Shown here: positions 27,132-41,200 of the stretch, piece after piece
Position numbering within the stretch: the stretch's first letter is position 1
Layout of the letters: every line of letters starts with the position of its first letter
DNA from: Bigelowiella natans CCMP2755
Taxonomy: Eukaryota; Protista; Cercozoa
NCBI GenBank assembly: GCA_000320545.1
Contig: ADNK01002621.1
Coordinates: 1-64,000, forward strand
Reading direction: 5' to 3'
DNA length: 64,000 bases
Program-made: the position numbers and the translations under genes
Notes under the pieces: model-generated
The model's database searches: none
Told to the model about the DNA's origin: nothing
The model's input: the letters and a program-made list of their open reading frames with translations, nothing else

Positions 27132-28962
27132 TTAAAGCGCTGGGAAAGGCATTATTCTAGTCTCATATGCCACGTCACCGTGCTTTGGATTGCCCTCAAA
27201 GATCGTCATCTTGCCACCGTTTCGCAGGCTGAAGAGTGCAGTTGCAAGCGTCCAGTCTGATAAGTCTCCGTGTTCATGCGACACGTTGTCGTGAAACACC
27301 TGGCAAATGGCACCGTGAAATCACAGACTACATTATCATTTGAATTGCATGATCTTGTGTGCGTGCGTGGTGTTTTGCCTTTCTTTTTTATAAGCAGAGT
27401 ATAAGTTTCCATGTTCATGTACCGGATAATGCCGATCCTCCTGGTCTCCTAGCACTTCTAATAGCGCAGTCCTATTGTGGGGGATAGGCAGCTCCCGAAC
27501 ACGGGCGAGTCGATGGATGCTGCTATTTGAGAATATCTGCGGCACGCTTAGGGTCTGGTACTGGTTTGCGTGAAAGAAAGGTGTCGCATTGGTGAGATTC
27601 CTTACAGAGACGATCGGCTGTTCGGCTGATCCCCCACCTCCCGGCGATACTTCAACGTTGAGCACTCTCTGATCTCGCTGAGTAGTAGGAGAAATACATG
27701 TTGGTCATTGGGAGGATATTACATTGATGATGAATGTCGTAATGATTACGTACACATCCGCCTATAACCCCTGAAGACTCAAATTACCTGCGAGAAAAGC
27801 TGATAGTTGTGTCCCGTGCTCTGGCCTTCACGTGAGACTTTAGCTACGGCAGCATTTAGAGAAGCAGCATCCAAGAGTGAGCGCGACATAAAACCACGGC
27901 CTAATCCTCCGGTCACGGTATTTTCAGGTCCAAGCCAGTTAAGTGTGAAACCAACACCATGACTGTTGAATCTAATCAATCAATATGCAATTGTGTGCAC
28001 GAAGATTTTATCCCTTAGCACAAAGGCTATTCAACAAATACCTCAATCCATACTACTCACTCACCGACATGAAACATCGTAAATATCGGCAAAGGCAACA
28101 TGCAGAGTTTTAGAGAACAAAGGAATCCACACCCACCCCACCCCCATCGCGGGATGTCCCCATTCCTCTGACTAATTAGCACCACCCGAATGCTCCAGAT
28201 GGAAGATCTCCCATGTACGTGTATGCAATGAAGTTACGAGTTTCAAGTACGAACGCATGGCCTACATCCCGCAGATCGTTGTCTTCATTGTGGCCGATAA
28301 GACACGGTCCAGAGGTCTTTTCACATACGACGTAATCCGAGCATCCGTCAATACCACCTCTATCCTTACCTTTTCAAAAGACATTCTTGAGTTGTTTCAT
28401 CTCAAAAAGCGTAATTTTATATTATTCATTTGTTCTGCTTCTTCAAGGCAACACAGCAGCAGAATACACACCATCTGGCATAGCTGCAGAGAATTCCTCA
28501 AAGAGATTGTTGATAAAAATAGTCTCGAATGCAATTTGCGAGCCATTAGCAATTCCTCGAAGCTCTTCCACATAGTGTGGAAACACGTCTTGATGCTTGG
28601 AGAGAAACTTGGTATAGGTGGCCCTTCCTGCCTCGCTGTGAACATTCATTCATTATTGCGCAGCAGCAGCTTAGGAACTCAATCAGCATACGGAATTTAT
28701 AACGAGCGGCAAACACTGTTTTATATTGATTTTCCTTCACATCGAACCTATGGTAGAAAGGCAACAAGCGAGTCTGCAGTGCCTCGTTTTGGACAACTCG
28801 TTGTCCGATCTCCTTCCTGAACTTAGTCCCCATCGCCAACCCCAGCTCAAAATGATCAATCAGGCTCTCCAGGTTTGATTTGAAACGCAGGACGCTTAGG
28901 GAGCTAGCGAAAGCTGGGAGGAGGGCTGGGACGAGAAGCCTAGCCAGAAGAGATACGAGCAT
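27132..28962 (-). CDS. Secreted peptidase C45 / AAT-family Ntn-hydrolase
   Basis: Signal peptide MLVSLLARLLVPALLPAFA, YVEELRGIANGS, G|CS autocleavage site followed by IGHNED, GFNSHGVGFTLN and FHANQY. Stop at 27132. Confidence 0.85.
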
Positions 28963-29160
28963 GGCTGAGGATGGGGACTTGTGTGCAGAACGTATATTAA
29001 AAATGGCTAATATTCTTATGTCGTAGACTGAAATTGGAACCCAATTTTCTTCGTGTTATCACCAGTAAGGAATATGTAAATTAAACCTTTCATTTACATA
29101 GTGCGACAATGGAAACGGCTCGATTCTACGAAAGATCGCTGCTTCTTCCAAACAGAAAGA

Positions 29161-30401
29161 ATGGGCCTCGTCGACCGGCTCGGGGCATTGCTGCTCGTCA
29201 GCTCTCTGCACCATGTAGGATAACAATCATCGGAGAGAACCTTTATGACATAGATATGAATTTCCAATACTTGCGGTTTTTAAAATAAGTTTTCTGTTTT
29301 GCAAAGTACATCATAGTAAATGCACAAGATGTAGGTAGGTGCACGTGGTCATTTCCATTCTTTGTCGTTGCGCCGAGTTGTTCATTGTTATCTTTGCTAT
29401 AGGCCGCGGCATCGTCATCAGACTCTGATGTTCGCTCGATCTCCCCACCGAGCCCTTCCCCTCCTGTGTGGCCCGAACGCTTTCATGCGGTTCTATTCCA
29501 GAATCGGTCAAACAGCTTAAGCTTTGTCGACTTGTACTACGACTGGCCAAAGGGGAGAAACCTCAATCTCATCCGTGGTCAACATGATGACGACAAAGGA
29601 TCTGCAGGTGCGCGCGCGCGCACACACACACACACACATACACATCAAATTTTGTATCTGCTTACAAATATATGCAGCATTGCATATTTATAGATCTATA
29701 TCTGTATCCACATGTACACGATCTTATTTATTCTAATGTAGAGAGAGAGGGGGAGGGGCGAAGCTTGGGGCGTATCTAGCCTTAACCTCAGTCTATTCTC
29801 AGAGTTATGATGTTACTATCGTGCGTTCCATTAGGAGAACTTTGGGATGTCGAGTTTGGCAATAAGACCAGCTACTACTATTTTCCTCGCACAAAATCAT
29901 GCAAGAAAATGGACTTTCCCGTTGGAATATTGATGTATATTTAAACATATTTGTGGTTTCTTCATAAAATCGTATTAATGGTCAGAGAAATGTTACATCC
30001 TAACCTTATTTCATCACCATCGCACCTATTTATTACGACTGGTAGGCCCAATTGGCTGGAAAACGCGACATTCCTTGGCACCGAGCAGGTCGATGGGTAC
30101 TCCTGCAACGTGTGGACAAAAGCAGATGGATTCATTACCTATTGGGAAGACATAGCAACGACGAAGCCGGTAATACAAGATGAAAGATAAATCAAATCGC
30201 CATTCTCAGTCTCTGGTGATGGTTTAGGTGAAGTGGATCTTCGGCTCAGGAATGGAGGAGCATGTGATGAAATGGGTCATTAACGAAACGCTTCCTGATG
30301 AGCAATGGGAGATTCCTTCCTACTGTAGTCAAGACTCTGCGATACTGCAGAGTGATGATACTAACGAGGTAGCATATTCTTCGCGCAGATTTCTACCCTA
30401 G
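29161..30401 (+). CDS. Secreted protein resembling plant At4g14100-type (ependymin-like) proteins
   Basis: Signal peptide, then [69 protein letters not shown] and WEIPSYC. Five GT-AG exons. Confidence 0.75.
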
Positions 30402-31024
30402 TCAAGACTTTCAACATTCGCCTCAAAGTGAATTATGTACTTCTTTATTTAAATAAAATGCATATGGCATAGTGTCACTGGCAGCATGGCAAAGCCAAAG
30501 AAACATATACGTGCCTGTATTTATGCATAGAGATAGTGCTAGTGTACGCTGCTCATTCGCTCAGCTGGAGCAAGCTCATTATCTATTGCCAAACCGTGTG
30601 CGTGTATAAGATCAATGAATGCTGTGTCCCTTATTGACCAGAAGCACAACTTGCATAGCTAGATAGGCTATGCATTATATGAACACGCAATGTGTAAAGA
30701 ACACCATGGATACTGTCTAGCTGTGTCTACATATATGATGACTTCAGCCACTCTAGCACTGCGCAACACGTGCTGGTATAATATTAATAAATGATGGCAG
30801 CATCACACACCGCGCAAACGCGTCATAGTAACGTCAGCATAGCGATGTTATTCTGGTATTACTCTATATAACTGTTATGCTATCAGCAAACAGGTGCTTT
30901 CATACCAGGACCAGACGTTCCATTAAGATGCACAAACATGTACGTAAAAACTTAAAGGTGCCATGGTGTAAGTTCGGGCTGGCATGTTCCCTTTGATCCG
31001 ACTATCAGCATCGTGTGCTCCAAA

Positions 31025-32781
31025 TCAAAATAATCCGGCGGTCTTTTTCAGTCTTCTCTGTCGCCAGCCTAGCAAATTTGTACGTATTTCCTCTTGTGTT
31101 TTCCTCAAATGTACTAATGAATGAACTTAATACGCCAAGCATGCTTGTACAGCACTCGCAATATTATCATATTGCATCATTATCATCGTCGTCGTCGTCA
31201 TCATTATCATTATCATCGTCAACACACATTGAATATCCAATTACGTTGCCTAAACACACCTGGTAACTTGTAGAAAGCTTGTTGATTCATACCAAACACA
31301 TCGGTGAATTCCTTCGGTGATAGAAAGTCCTGCAATAATGACACAATGTGCGATGGTGTTAATTGGGCAGTGAGGACGGGGAGATGATGATACGTGAAAC
31401 GGCCACGTTGAAGGCGAAAGACGTTGAGAAACAAAGAGCCTTCATAATCCATTCCTATAATCAATTGATTTCGCCAAGGTCTCGCTCACCTGCTTTCTCC
31501 AAGCTTCCACACCATCAGGAAGTACTGTTTCTCTCAGCTGCTCAAGGCTGTAGTACTTCTTCTTCTTGTTATTGCTTCTCTTCTCTTTCTCCATCCCACT
31601 TTCCGTACTGCTGTCTTCCGCTTTCCCCTTCCCTTCCCCTCCTTTGGAATTGGATGAGGTAGAGGAGGGAGAGGAGCTGCTTGCTTTTCGAGAAAGTAAT
31701 CTTGCCAAAGAACCGAGAGCAGCTAGAGAAACAACTGCGTCAGCAGGAGGAGGAGGAGAAGAAGTGGTAGTGGAGGAGGACACATTTTCCCGGATGATCC
31801 CTCCTTTCAACTTGGAGTCATTTCCTTCGGATGGCTGCTGCTCCTCCTGGTTCTTCCCTGTCCTCCTCCTCCTCCTCCTCCCTGTTCCAGAGAAAGTCTT
31901 GAGCTGCTTGCCCACAAGCAGTCCACTGACCGACTTGTATCTGCGGATATAAGTGAGTGTCAGATGATGAAGCAACAGCAGCATCACATGCACCCCAAAA
32001 TAAACCGTTTGCCGATGTTCTTGCACATGTATACATGTAGATGTGTCACTGCTGATGATAATTGTGATTGGTTCCTCAAAAGGTGATGATCGATCGATAT
32101 AGCACAGCCCGTTTTAGTTGTTTGAGAGAGATGTTGATCACATTGCTTTGGTGCTTCGATAGTTGCGCGACAAGACTACCTATTTTCAGGGTGTAAGTCT
32201 CCCGGGGACGAGGACCCCACTCCCAAAGCTTTCCTCCTGTAGTACTGCGTTCTTCGTGATTCCATCGACTTTGAACGAGCAAGGTGCTGTGAGCCAGCTT
32301 CCTTCATCGCGCGCAACAACCTGATTTATTTGTTGATATTTAGTTGAAAAGGGAGAGAGAAGGGGGGGGGGGGGGCATGTCCCTTTATACGGTTAACGTC
32401 ATTTTTGCAGCACCATTCGATTCTCCCCCCTTATCATTCTCCTCCTCCTCCCACCCCTTCAACATTGAATAGTCTGCATAGCCTGTCGGCCAGCCTCTTC
32501 GCCTAAATTTACACATTTTATGTTCATTACCTTTTCCTCAGCTCGATCACTTTGTTGCTCTTTGACCCCCCCTTTCCTCCTCCATGAATATGCAGCAGCC
32601 ATTCACGAAAGCAAAACGCGCTGTCCATAGCAGTGAAAACAGCATGGTTTGCGCCAGTACCCTACGCACAAAATTGAATACAAAAACACAAGATATATCA
32701 CACGACGATATATCCCCTAGTATTGCTGTTACTTCTCCTCGACGTTGTATGTAATATATTCATTGATGTGAGCAATAATTA

Positions 32782-32812
<31 letters not shown>

Positions 32813-33174
32813 TATTATTGAAATTCATTGAAAATATATATACCTGGGGCCAGAAGGGGGCAAGGCATGCATCACCCGCCAAAAAGACCGGAACAGCATC
32901 GAGACCGTAGTTGTTATTATCGTCGTCATCGTTGAGAAGCAACATTGCATTTGTTGTGTGGTGTTTATCTGAGAAGTCAAATAGCGCCACGTCCTCTCCC
33001 CCTCCTCCTCCTCCTCCTCCTCCTTCTCCACGAATTTTGTTCTTTGAAAACTTCTTCTCCTTGCACTCTCCCTCCCCAGCCGCCATTTCCCCGCACTCAA
33101 GGCCTGTTGATAATGCGGTGGCCTAAAAGAGGGAGACAACACGGTAATACACCATGATCACACGTATACTAATA

Positions 33175-33213
<39 letters not shown>

Positions 33214-33234
33214 ATATGTATATGTGTGTGTGCG

Positions 33235-33266
<32 letters not shown>

Positions 33267-33723
33267 AGGGGCATATGCATGAGTGCGCGAGTGTGCATTT
33301 TCAGCACCTCGTCGATGTCATCAATCTTGCGACAGAATGGCGTGTTGGGAGGTAGCTTGAAATAGGGTTCAGTGCTGCTAAGCAACCTGCATGCTGTTAG
33401 CAATGCCTCCTGATATGATACGTCGATTATGCACCCAATAGCACGGCAGCACTAAGATTGTAGATTAATCTTCTGGCGACTGCGAGGAAGGCTAGTAATA
33501 CTAAGCTACAACGTAAACTGTTCGCAAGTAAATGGCTAATGCTAGGTAACGACAAGATGATTTAGGAGAGGGAGAGGATGAGGGAAAGCGGACGGGGGAG
33601 GGAGGGGACAAGAGATAGGAAAAGGAACATGATGGCTATTCTCACTCACTCGATCAATGTTGTCTCTATGCAATAAACCTTCTCCAATAGTTCTGCATGG
33701 TGCATCACCGGTCAGTAGTTTCA

Positions 33724-33765
<42 letters not shown>

Positions 33766-35111
33766 GTTGCATTTAAAAGAAAAACAGCAAAGTGTGTGAA
33801 GAAGGCGGAAGAAAGAGGGGGAGGGGAAGAAGAAGAAGAAGAAGAATAACAAGAGATAGTGGCGGTCGATGCTGATCTTCTCTGCTGTTGATATGCAAAA
33901 TGATTAGTATAAGAGCTACTTGCTTTCTTTGAGGATTCCAGCTGCTAGCAGCGAACTCTTCGTGGGTGTCGCTACAAAGTAGTGATTGTACTCGCAGGTA
34001 AACGACACTACATTCTCCTGATGACACAGTATGATGATGATGATGATGATGATGACGACGACGACGATGTATTATGGATGGATTAATCAATCAATCAACT
34101 ATAAGTAGTAATATATACTACAGATAACAAAGAGAAGATGATGAAGAATTGATTGTAGTAAAAACGATGATCGGGTTGTATTCAACTTGTCCCCAATATG
34201 ACGACGGTGCCATCGCCATTATTGCCATCATTATGTTCATCATCATTATCATCATCATCATCATCATCAATTTTCATATTGAGGACCATATCCAGCTTTG
34301 TTCTCTTACGAATGGGCCCGAATATCTCCCCTTTCCTGCACACCACAGACGACGACGGAACATGTAATGAAGCGATGTATAAGCAGCACACGCAGATAAC
34401 TTTGAAGCAAGCACGGCATAAGACGAGACAAATACCGAACAACGAGCATAAAGAAGAGTAGGTGAGAGTTCTATGACCGCAGCAGCGTGAAATTAGAAGA
34501 TGAGGAGAAAGGTATTTGATGATATTGATGATGATGATGAGTTGTATTCTGAGCGCCACACGCTAAGTAGTCGCTTTTATTTCTCCTATTCTCTACCGCT
34601 TTTCTTCGGTGCAAGAGGTCACAACCCCATCACCACCACCACCACCACCACCAGCATCATCATCATCATCATCATCATCATTATCATCACTATTATTATC
34701 TCCTACACTCACCTATCAAACTGAACTGCGAATTTCTGATCACGCATTTGCCTCTCCTGAATAAATAGCACAGCATCATCATAGACATCAACCTGCCTCC
34801 CCGATTCCTCCCTCCTCCTATTTCTTGTCCTCCTCCCTATCATCATCCTCATCAGCATCATCATCAGCATCATCTTTACGTTCATCGAGCACAGATGAAT
34901 CGAAGAATAACCTGCTTTGTTTTAAGATTCACGAAGTTGCACGTGAGGCCAATTGCCATGCCGCCCCTATTACGACGTACACTCCATGATCGATTATCAT
35001 CCTCCTCCTCATCATTATCACCATCGTCATTGTCATCGCCATTACATCTCATACAAACACTATTTTCAAAATGGACATATACTACTCGTCTCTGCATGCC
35101 TACTACTACTG

Positions 35112-35144
<33 letters not shown>

Positions 35145-36417
35145 TGATCGCTTAACGTCGAAACCGGCCAATTTAGCTACCTATCATTGCCCATCATCAC
35201 CGCAAATAAAGAACAACAGACACATCGTCACCATCATAATCATCATGATAAAAACGTAGAAGTTAGTAACGATCTTAATGATGATGATAATGAGAGAGAG
35301 AGCAAGAGGACAATATATAACCATTGTCGGTCAACGTCCCCCCCCCCCCCCCTGCAATCAATACATTAACGAGGAATGCCATGGCAAGACTACATCACGG
35401 TAACAAATAGCTTCATATTGATTCCTACCCACCCCTCTAGAAACACTGGAAGAGCCATCACATCCAAAAAGCGCATCGAAGGTAATGACACTCTCCTGCT
35501 TCTTCCCCATCTTCGTAATAGTGCTAATATGTGCAGAGTAGCCACCATTTTCATCACCCCCTCCTCGCTGTATATCATTGAGTGTTGTGGACTTTAAGAA
35601 TCGAACGCCAAGCATGAGGCAAGCCTTTAGGAGGCACGTCTGGAATGTCCCTGACGAACAAAAGCCTTCTTAGAAAGATGAAATCGACAAGTATTTGTGT
35701 AGCCATGCAAAGGAGGCCGGATACAGCAGCGGCGCAATGTTACTACTCGCGAAACTATTATTAACATGATTTATTATTTTCATTTTTATTACGGATAGGG
35801 ACTGTTTGACTTTTGCTTTGCCCCGAACCTGTGTGTGTTTGTTTCTATGAGCCTTCACCACACACACAATATCAATATATTTAACACTGCCGTGTGTTTT
35901 TTTGTATGGGTCTTTACTACAAATACATACTAGACACATATTATTCAACTTTTCAAATTATAATTCGGAAATGCATCAGTGACAACTAGTATATGGCGAC
36001 CACATCGGTGTTCTTTCTCTCCTTCTTCTTCTTCTTCTTCTTCTTCTTCTTCTCTCTCTCTCTCACTCACTTTGGTTTTGAAAATTTTATTCCAAGATTT
36101 TTCAGATCAGTTACGATCTAAGGATAAGACGATAATGATGAGAATAATAACAACGACGCCACTGGCGAATCAAAGAAGGAACTCAGTAGTGTGGTAGTAG
36201 TAGTAGTAGTAGTTTTAGTGGTAGTAGAGAAAGGTAAGAGGATAGTAGCTGGATTTAATAGTGTTGGTCTCTCACTAACGCCGTCCTCTTCCTCCCTCCC
36301 CTCGTATATTAAATAAAACAGTCCCCGCATACACTTATAGGCCACGCACCAAATCCCAGATGTGCAACACATTCCAGCGAGTGAAACTGAATAAAACGTA
36401 GGTAGAAAGTATGATCG

Positions 36418-36448
<31 letters not shown>

Positions 36449-37529
36449 CCGGCAACAACGGCAGTGAGAGAGAATTCGTCAAAAGTGCCGAGGTATTGCA
36501 GAAGTCATAGATTTCAATCTCTTGGTCACCTTTCTATTCCACACTCATCCGAATCACCCATACGTATTATCATCCCATCTAGTCTCTTACCCCTTCCTTT
36601 TCTCGATCACTGTGACGTCAGCTCCAAGCAGAGCGCACTCTATTGCACAACGTAGACCGGCAGGACCGCCCCCTACGACCAACACCCTGAAACCTGGTGG
36701 CCAACATCATATGAGCACTTATTCGCCCAAAGCATGTAATACACACTAGCAGAAAGGGGCTGCACTGCATGAACCACCCTTTGCGGGATAATTTTCGTAT
36801 TCCTGGGAATCCCATCGGTCCAGCAGCTGCTGACAGTAACGCTTCTCTTTGCATCTTCGATGACCCGGCATCGCGTCTCGGATGTACATCTATAAATATC
36901 GTCATCGTTATGAGCAGCAGCAGCTGTTTTCTTGAAACGCTGATATGAAGCAATTGGAGGCGCTGCGGAGCTCATTAAAATGGACTGATTCTTTCAAATT
37001 TGAAGAGATCAAATATATCTCAAATGGGCGAAAACAATACCAGAGCTCTTTTCGAATCATGGTCAAAATTAGGATCCTTGATCTTCTTTATGTAAGGAAC
37101 TGCTGCGAGCTTCAACCTAGGTAAGTCGCAACAGTTAGGGGAGAGGGCGGGGCGCGGGGGAACGAGATATAGCGGCTAAGAATTTTTATGATGAATCCGT
37201 TTGATTTTTACATCGTTGTCGTACAAACCGGTGTGCTGAGTCTACAACTTGCTCCATTCCCTCCGCCTCTTGAAAATCCTAACAATTGAGGAGGAGGAGG
37301 GAGTTCGTTGGTTGCGATCACCTTTTCTTGATGGCACGTAAGCATTAGATAACCTTAAAAGCAAGGCGAACAGACTCTGGATCTTTCGTTCTACGCTGTC
37401 TCCATCGCCTCTGGATGAGGACGATGAACCGCAGAGCGAGCACGCGGAACGAGTCGTCTTCGGTAGCCATTGTGAATTTTCGTATGTTTCGCTAAGAAAT
37501 GCCGGGGAATTCGTCTGTACGACAACCAC
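31025..37529 (-). CDS. MICAL-like FAD-dependent monooxygenase with C-terminal villin headpiece
   Basis: [79 protein letters not shown] and [17 protein letters not shown] appear in MICAL monooxygenase order. The protein ends [45 protein letters not shown]. The ORF at 37242-37529 and an exon at ~37116-37045 appear to splice in frame. True start is unresolved. Confidence 0.85.
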
Positions 37530-38287
37530 TTTTTACGTCATATTCGCATAGAAACAGCTCACAAGAGTATGCCGTCCATCGGCCCTTCGATTAGTAGATA
37601 GATAGATGGATAGAAAGACGTCATAGGGCGAGCTGTGGTTGGACAACGATAATCCCGTTGTTGGCGCCTGCTGCGGGTCTGTCAATACCGTTAATGAATA
37701 CTCTGGGGCAACAAATATGTTCGCCGACCTGGGTGTTGAAGAAAGAAGGACCTGGCGGGATCATGTGTCGTAGGATGTTGTTGTTGGAGCCTCTTGGATC
37801 TTAGCGATTGTCATTAAACTCCTTACATGTTAATTATAGAGGGGAGATTGTTCTATCACACTTTTGCACCACATCTATGCATCCATGCATGCAACTAAAG
37901 TCGCAAAAATTTCGAACCAGCAACATGATCGGCGTGCACTGTCGCATCGGAGGTCACATGCTGAGCACTCTAGAGCTACAGCAATGACTAGGTGACGCAT
38001 GGCCGACGTACATTTACTAGGGACACGATAAATGTTGTATTGTATGCCGATGCATTTCTGTGTTCAAATGCATGCGATCCACAAACCATGGAAGTGCATT
38101 GGTCGATTTAAACGTGTACGTACATCGTACAACTCTGCAACACACGGCAGACATGTCTGTCTACATGTGTCCCGTTTGCGAGCGGACACATGCTGCTATG
38201 CTAGGTTTTGCGAAGCGGTAATTCCCCATGATAACTAGATAATTGTGGCAACAACAAACATGACACATCAAATGAGCACGTACAGTA

Positions 38288-41200
38288 TCATATTCGCGTG
38301 GGCGTGGCACGAGAGCCTTCTTTAGCTAGCAAGGCTTGGTTTCTACTAGAATCATTAGACGGCATGATTGAGGATGTCTGCACTACGACACCATCTACTA
38401 CAGATGAGGGAGCTTGCTGTGCTCTCCTAGAGGTCGACGGCACTAGTAAGCCTCTGATGGAAGACTGTGCACGCCGAGAGAGTCCAACATCAGAGCTCAA
38501 CTCTGGAACTCCTCGATGACTGGTCAACGGCGTACCAACTTGCGAACCTCCAATGGGTGTGTGAGGGGTGGAAGGGTCTCTTGAATTGTTGAAGTCTGAT
38601 CCTTGAGAGGCTACATTTTTTTCCTGGGGGTGTCGTTGCTTCGAGTCCATGACATTGAGCTCCAGAGGAGAAGGGGAGTGTCTTCCAGACTTATCCTTTG
38701 CAAGTCGACCTCTAGCTCCACCCTGCCCTCTCCACTTCAAGTACCAATATATCCCACCACACAACATGACCGCAACTGCAACCATAACTATTATGATGGG
38801 CAAAGCTAACAGCTTGTCATCGCTATCATTAACACTCCCTTCATCGATCTCAATGCTATCACTCTCGGAGAATGCCGTCGAGAATGCAGTTAGATGCGTG
38901 CACCTGCACAATGTTGATAGTTCGCGTATCTCATGCACCAAGCAACCAGTAGTTGACCAAGCCTGAGCCTCAACGTCGAAGTATCTGCAGGATCTTCTTC
39001 CTCCGCTGTTCCTGCTGAGGGCGTTGGTTGACAAGGGGATGGTGATATCGATCGGGCCGGTCCCATTGATTGTTATTTCTCTTCCTCCGTATGCATCATG
39101 AAAGGAGAGGACGACAATATCAGAATTGGTCGTGTTGCCTATGTCCGCAAAGCTATAAGCTTCTTTATTCAGCCTGTAGAAACGGGTCTCTAGCTCCTGG
39201 ACCCCAGAGAAGTTGGCACCTTGAAAAACACGGCTGCTGACCACAAACTTGGGCCTATCTGGCCCTTGCTCCCCAAACAGTACTCCCGGAGCGTCTTCAT
39301 CGCTCTCATCGACAAACGCAGCGACATAATCCTTTCTAACTTTGACTTCTGTGTTATCATCGGTCCTAATACTCAAGTTCTGTCCAGGCACGATGCCCTT
39401 GGCTAACGCTCCAGAGACTTCGTCCAGAATCCTTGAAAAAGACCTTAGACGACCCCCGCCTCCACTCCCGGCCCTCGATGATGAGGAAGAATTTGAGGGA
39501 GAATAGGATAAGGAGTCGACGTATGTAGCTACTGACGAAGAGGTCACAATATCCAAAGCCATGGTGGGGCTAAGAGCCAATTCATTGGTATTTACGGTAC
39601 TGAGAACAGCTAACGTCGAGCTTAATACTTCCTCTCCAACACTCTCAGAGCTCTCAGACTTTGAACCAAATACGATTCGAAGGAGAGCCAGACCTTGCTC
39701 GACCTCGGTTTGAGTGCTTGCATTCGTAATGACGTTCTTTGTGGAGCGCAATATACTCTCTTTGATGTTACGGTTACGCCTTAGCCTCTCGGCCCGTTGG
39801 GCGCTATTACCAGCAGCATCTGTTTGTAGTATTTCTTCAATGGCAGCAGCGATCTGCAACGCCTGGCCTAGCTCACCGTTACTGACTGAGTTGCTCAGCT
39901 CTCGGTCAATTATCGAGAGAGAGGTCTCCTCCACGTTATTGGTGGTCGAGCTTGCGGAGCTCGATGTGTTAAACTGAAGCAGTGATGGTCGCACGGTCAC
40001 GTCGAAGTCCGTGTATGCCATGGCTCCTTCACCATTTCGAGGGTCTGAATCACTGATGCATGCCCTCACCTTCTGTTTGTATGCGTTGGCCTCTAGCCCT
40101 GCTGGCAGTGCTCTCACCGTTATCGTAGGCGACTGCGCCCAATCTCCAAGCATATAATCTTCTGAAACGTCTCCTCCCACGCTACTCTTCAGCATCACGA
40201 AGCGATACCACAAGGAGGAGGAGGAGGAACCGCTAGGATCGTCTGGATCTGACCATCCACTGCAGCTGAAGGTGAAGTAGTCGAAATCGAGAGTCGTACC
40301 GTTGTCCTGTGATGCGATACAGGAGCCGCCGGAGGCTGGCGCATCTGCAACGAGGATGACGTGAGCCGTCCCAGACCTCCTGCCAGCCCCCCTCACATTG
40401 ACCGTACAGGTCGTCTGGCGGCCTGCAGCTAGCTGGGACTTTGGAATGCGTAGATATGATGATGAGAGAGAACCAGCAGCTCCTGTGTTGAAACCGCCTC
40501 CTGCACACGCCCACTCAAAGGTGTAGGCTCTAAACTGGGCGAGATCTGCCGCATCGAAGGTGGCTGAGAGAACGATATCCCTACTTGGGTCGACAAGATG
40601 CACCTCAGATTCATTCATTGGCTTACTTGGGGAGACGACCTCTACCCCAACAAGAATCGTCGGGCTAAGAGACACAGAGATCTTGACCCTCGCTGTCGCA
40701 GATCGAGTGTCGTAGGCTGAGCTCACATCCAGGTAGAAGTAGTAGTCTTGGCCTCCCTCTAGCGCGTTGGCGGGGACTAAAAGTTTGGAGGACGCCATAG
40801 AAGGGGGCATCGCATTTGCGGAGAAGCAAGGGGCCGTGCTCGAAGAGAAGACACGTTCGCACCGCCAACGGTAACCTATGTCATATCTTCTCGAGCTCCG
40901 CTGAGCTGGGTCTTTTGATGTGGAGCCGTCGAGGATAAATGATCGAGTGACAGATACGAGTCTATCACCGCCTCTTATTCTTGCCTTGATATCCTTTGCT
41001 ATAGCGTCGATACAAACGTCCTGTGTCTTAGTGTTCGACCACGCGCCAATACCCGCCTGGATCCCCATAGCACTGTAGGAAACCTTGAAGCAGTACACAA
41101 AGCCTGGAGTTAAGCTGTATTTTGGAATGAGTAACTTGTTTGAAGTTGGTCGTTTAATCTCCACATAGGGCCCAGACGTCTGGCGCCATAGGTAATGCCG

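Noticed and set aside
37242-37529. Stand-alone 95-aa gene
   Set aside because: It appears to splice in frame into the MICAL-like gene, so it was treated as an upstream exon.
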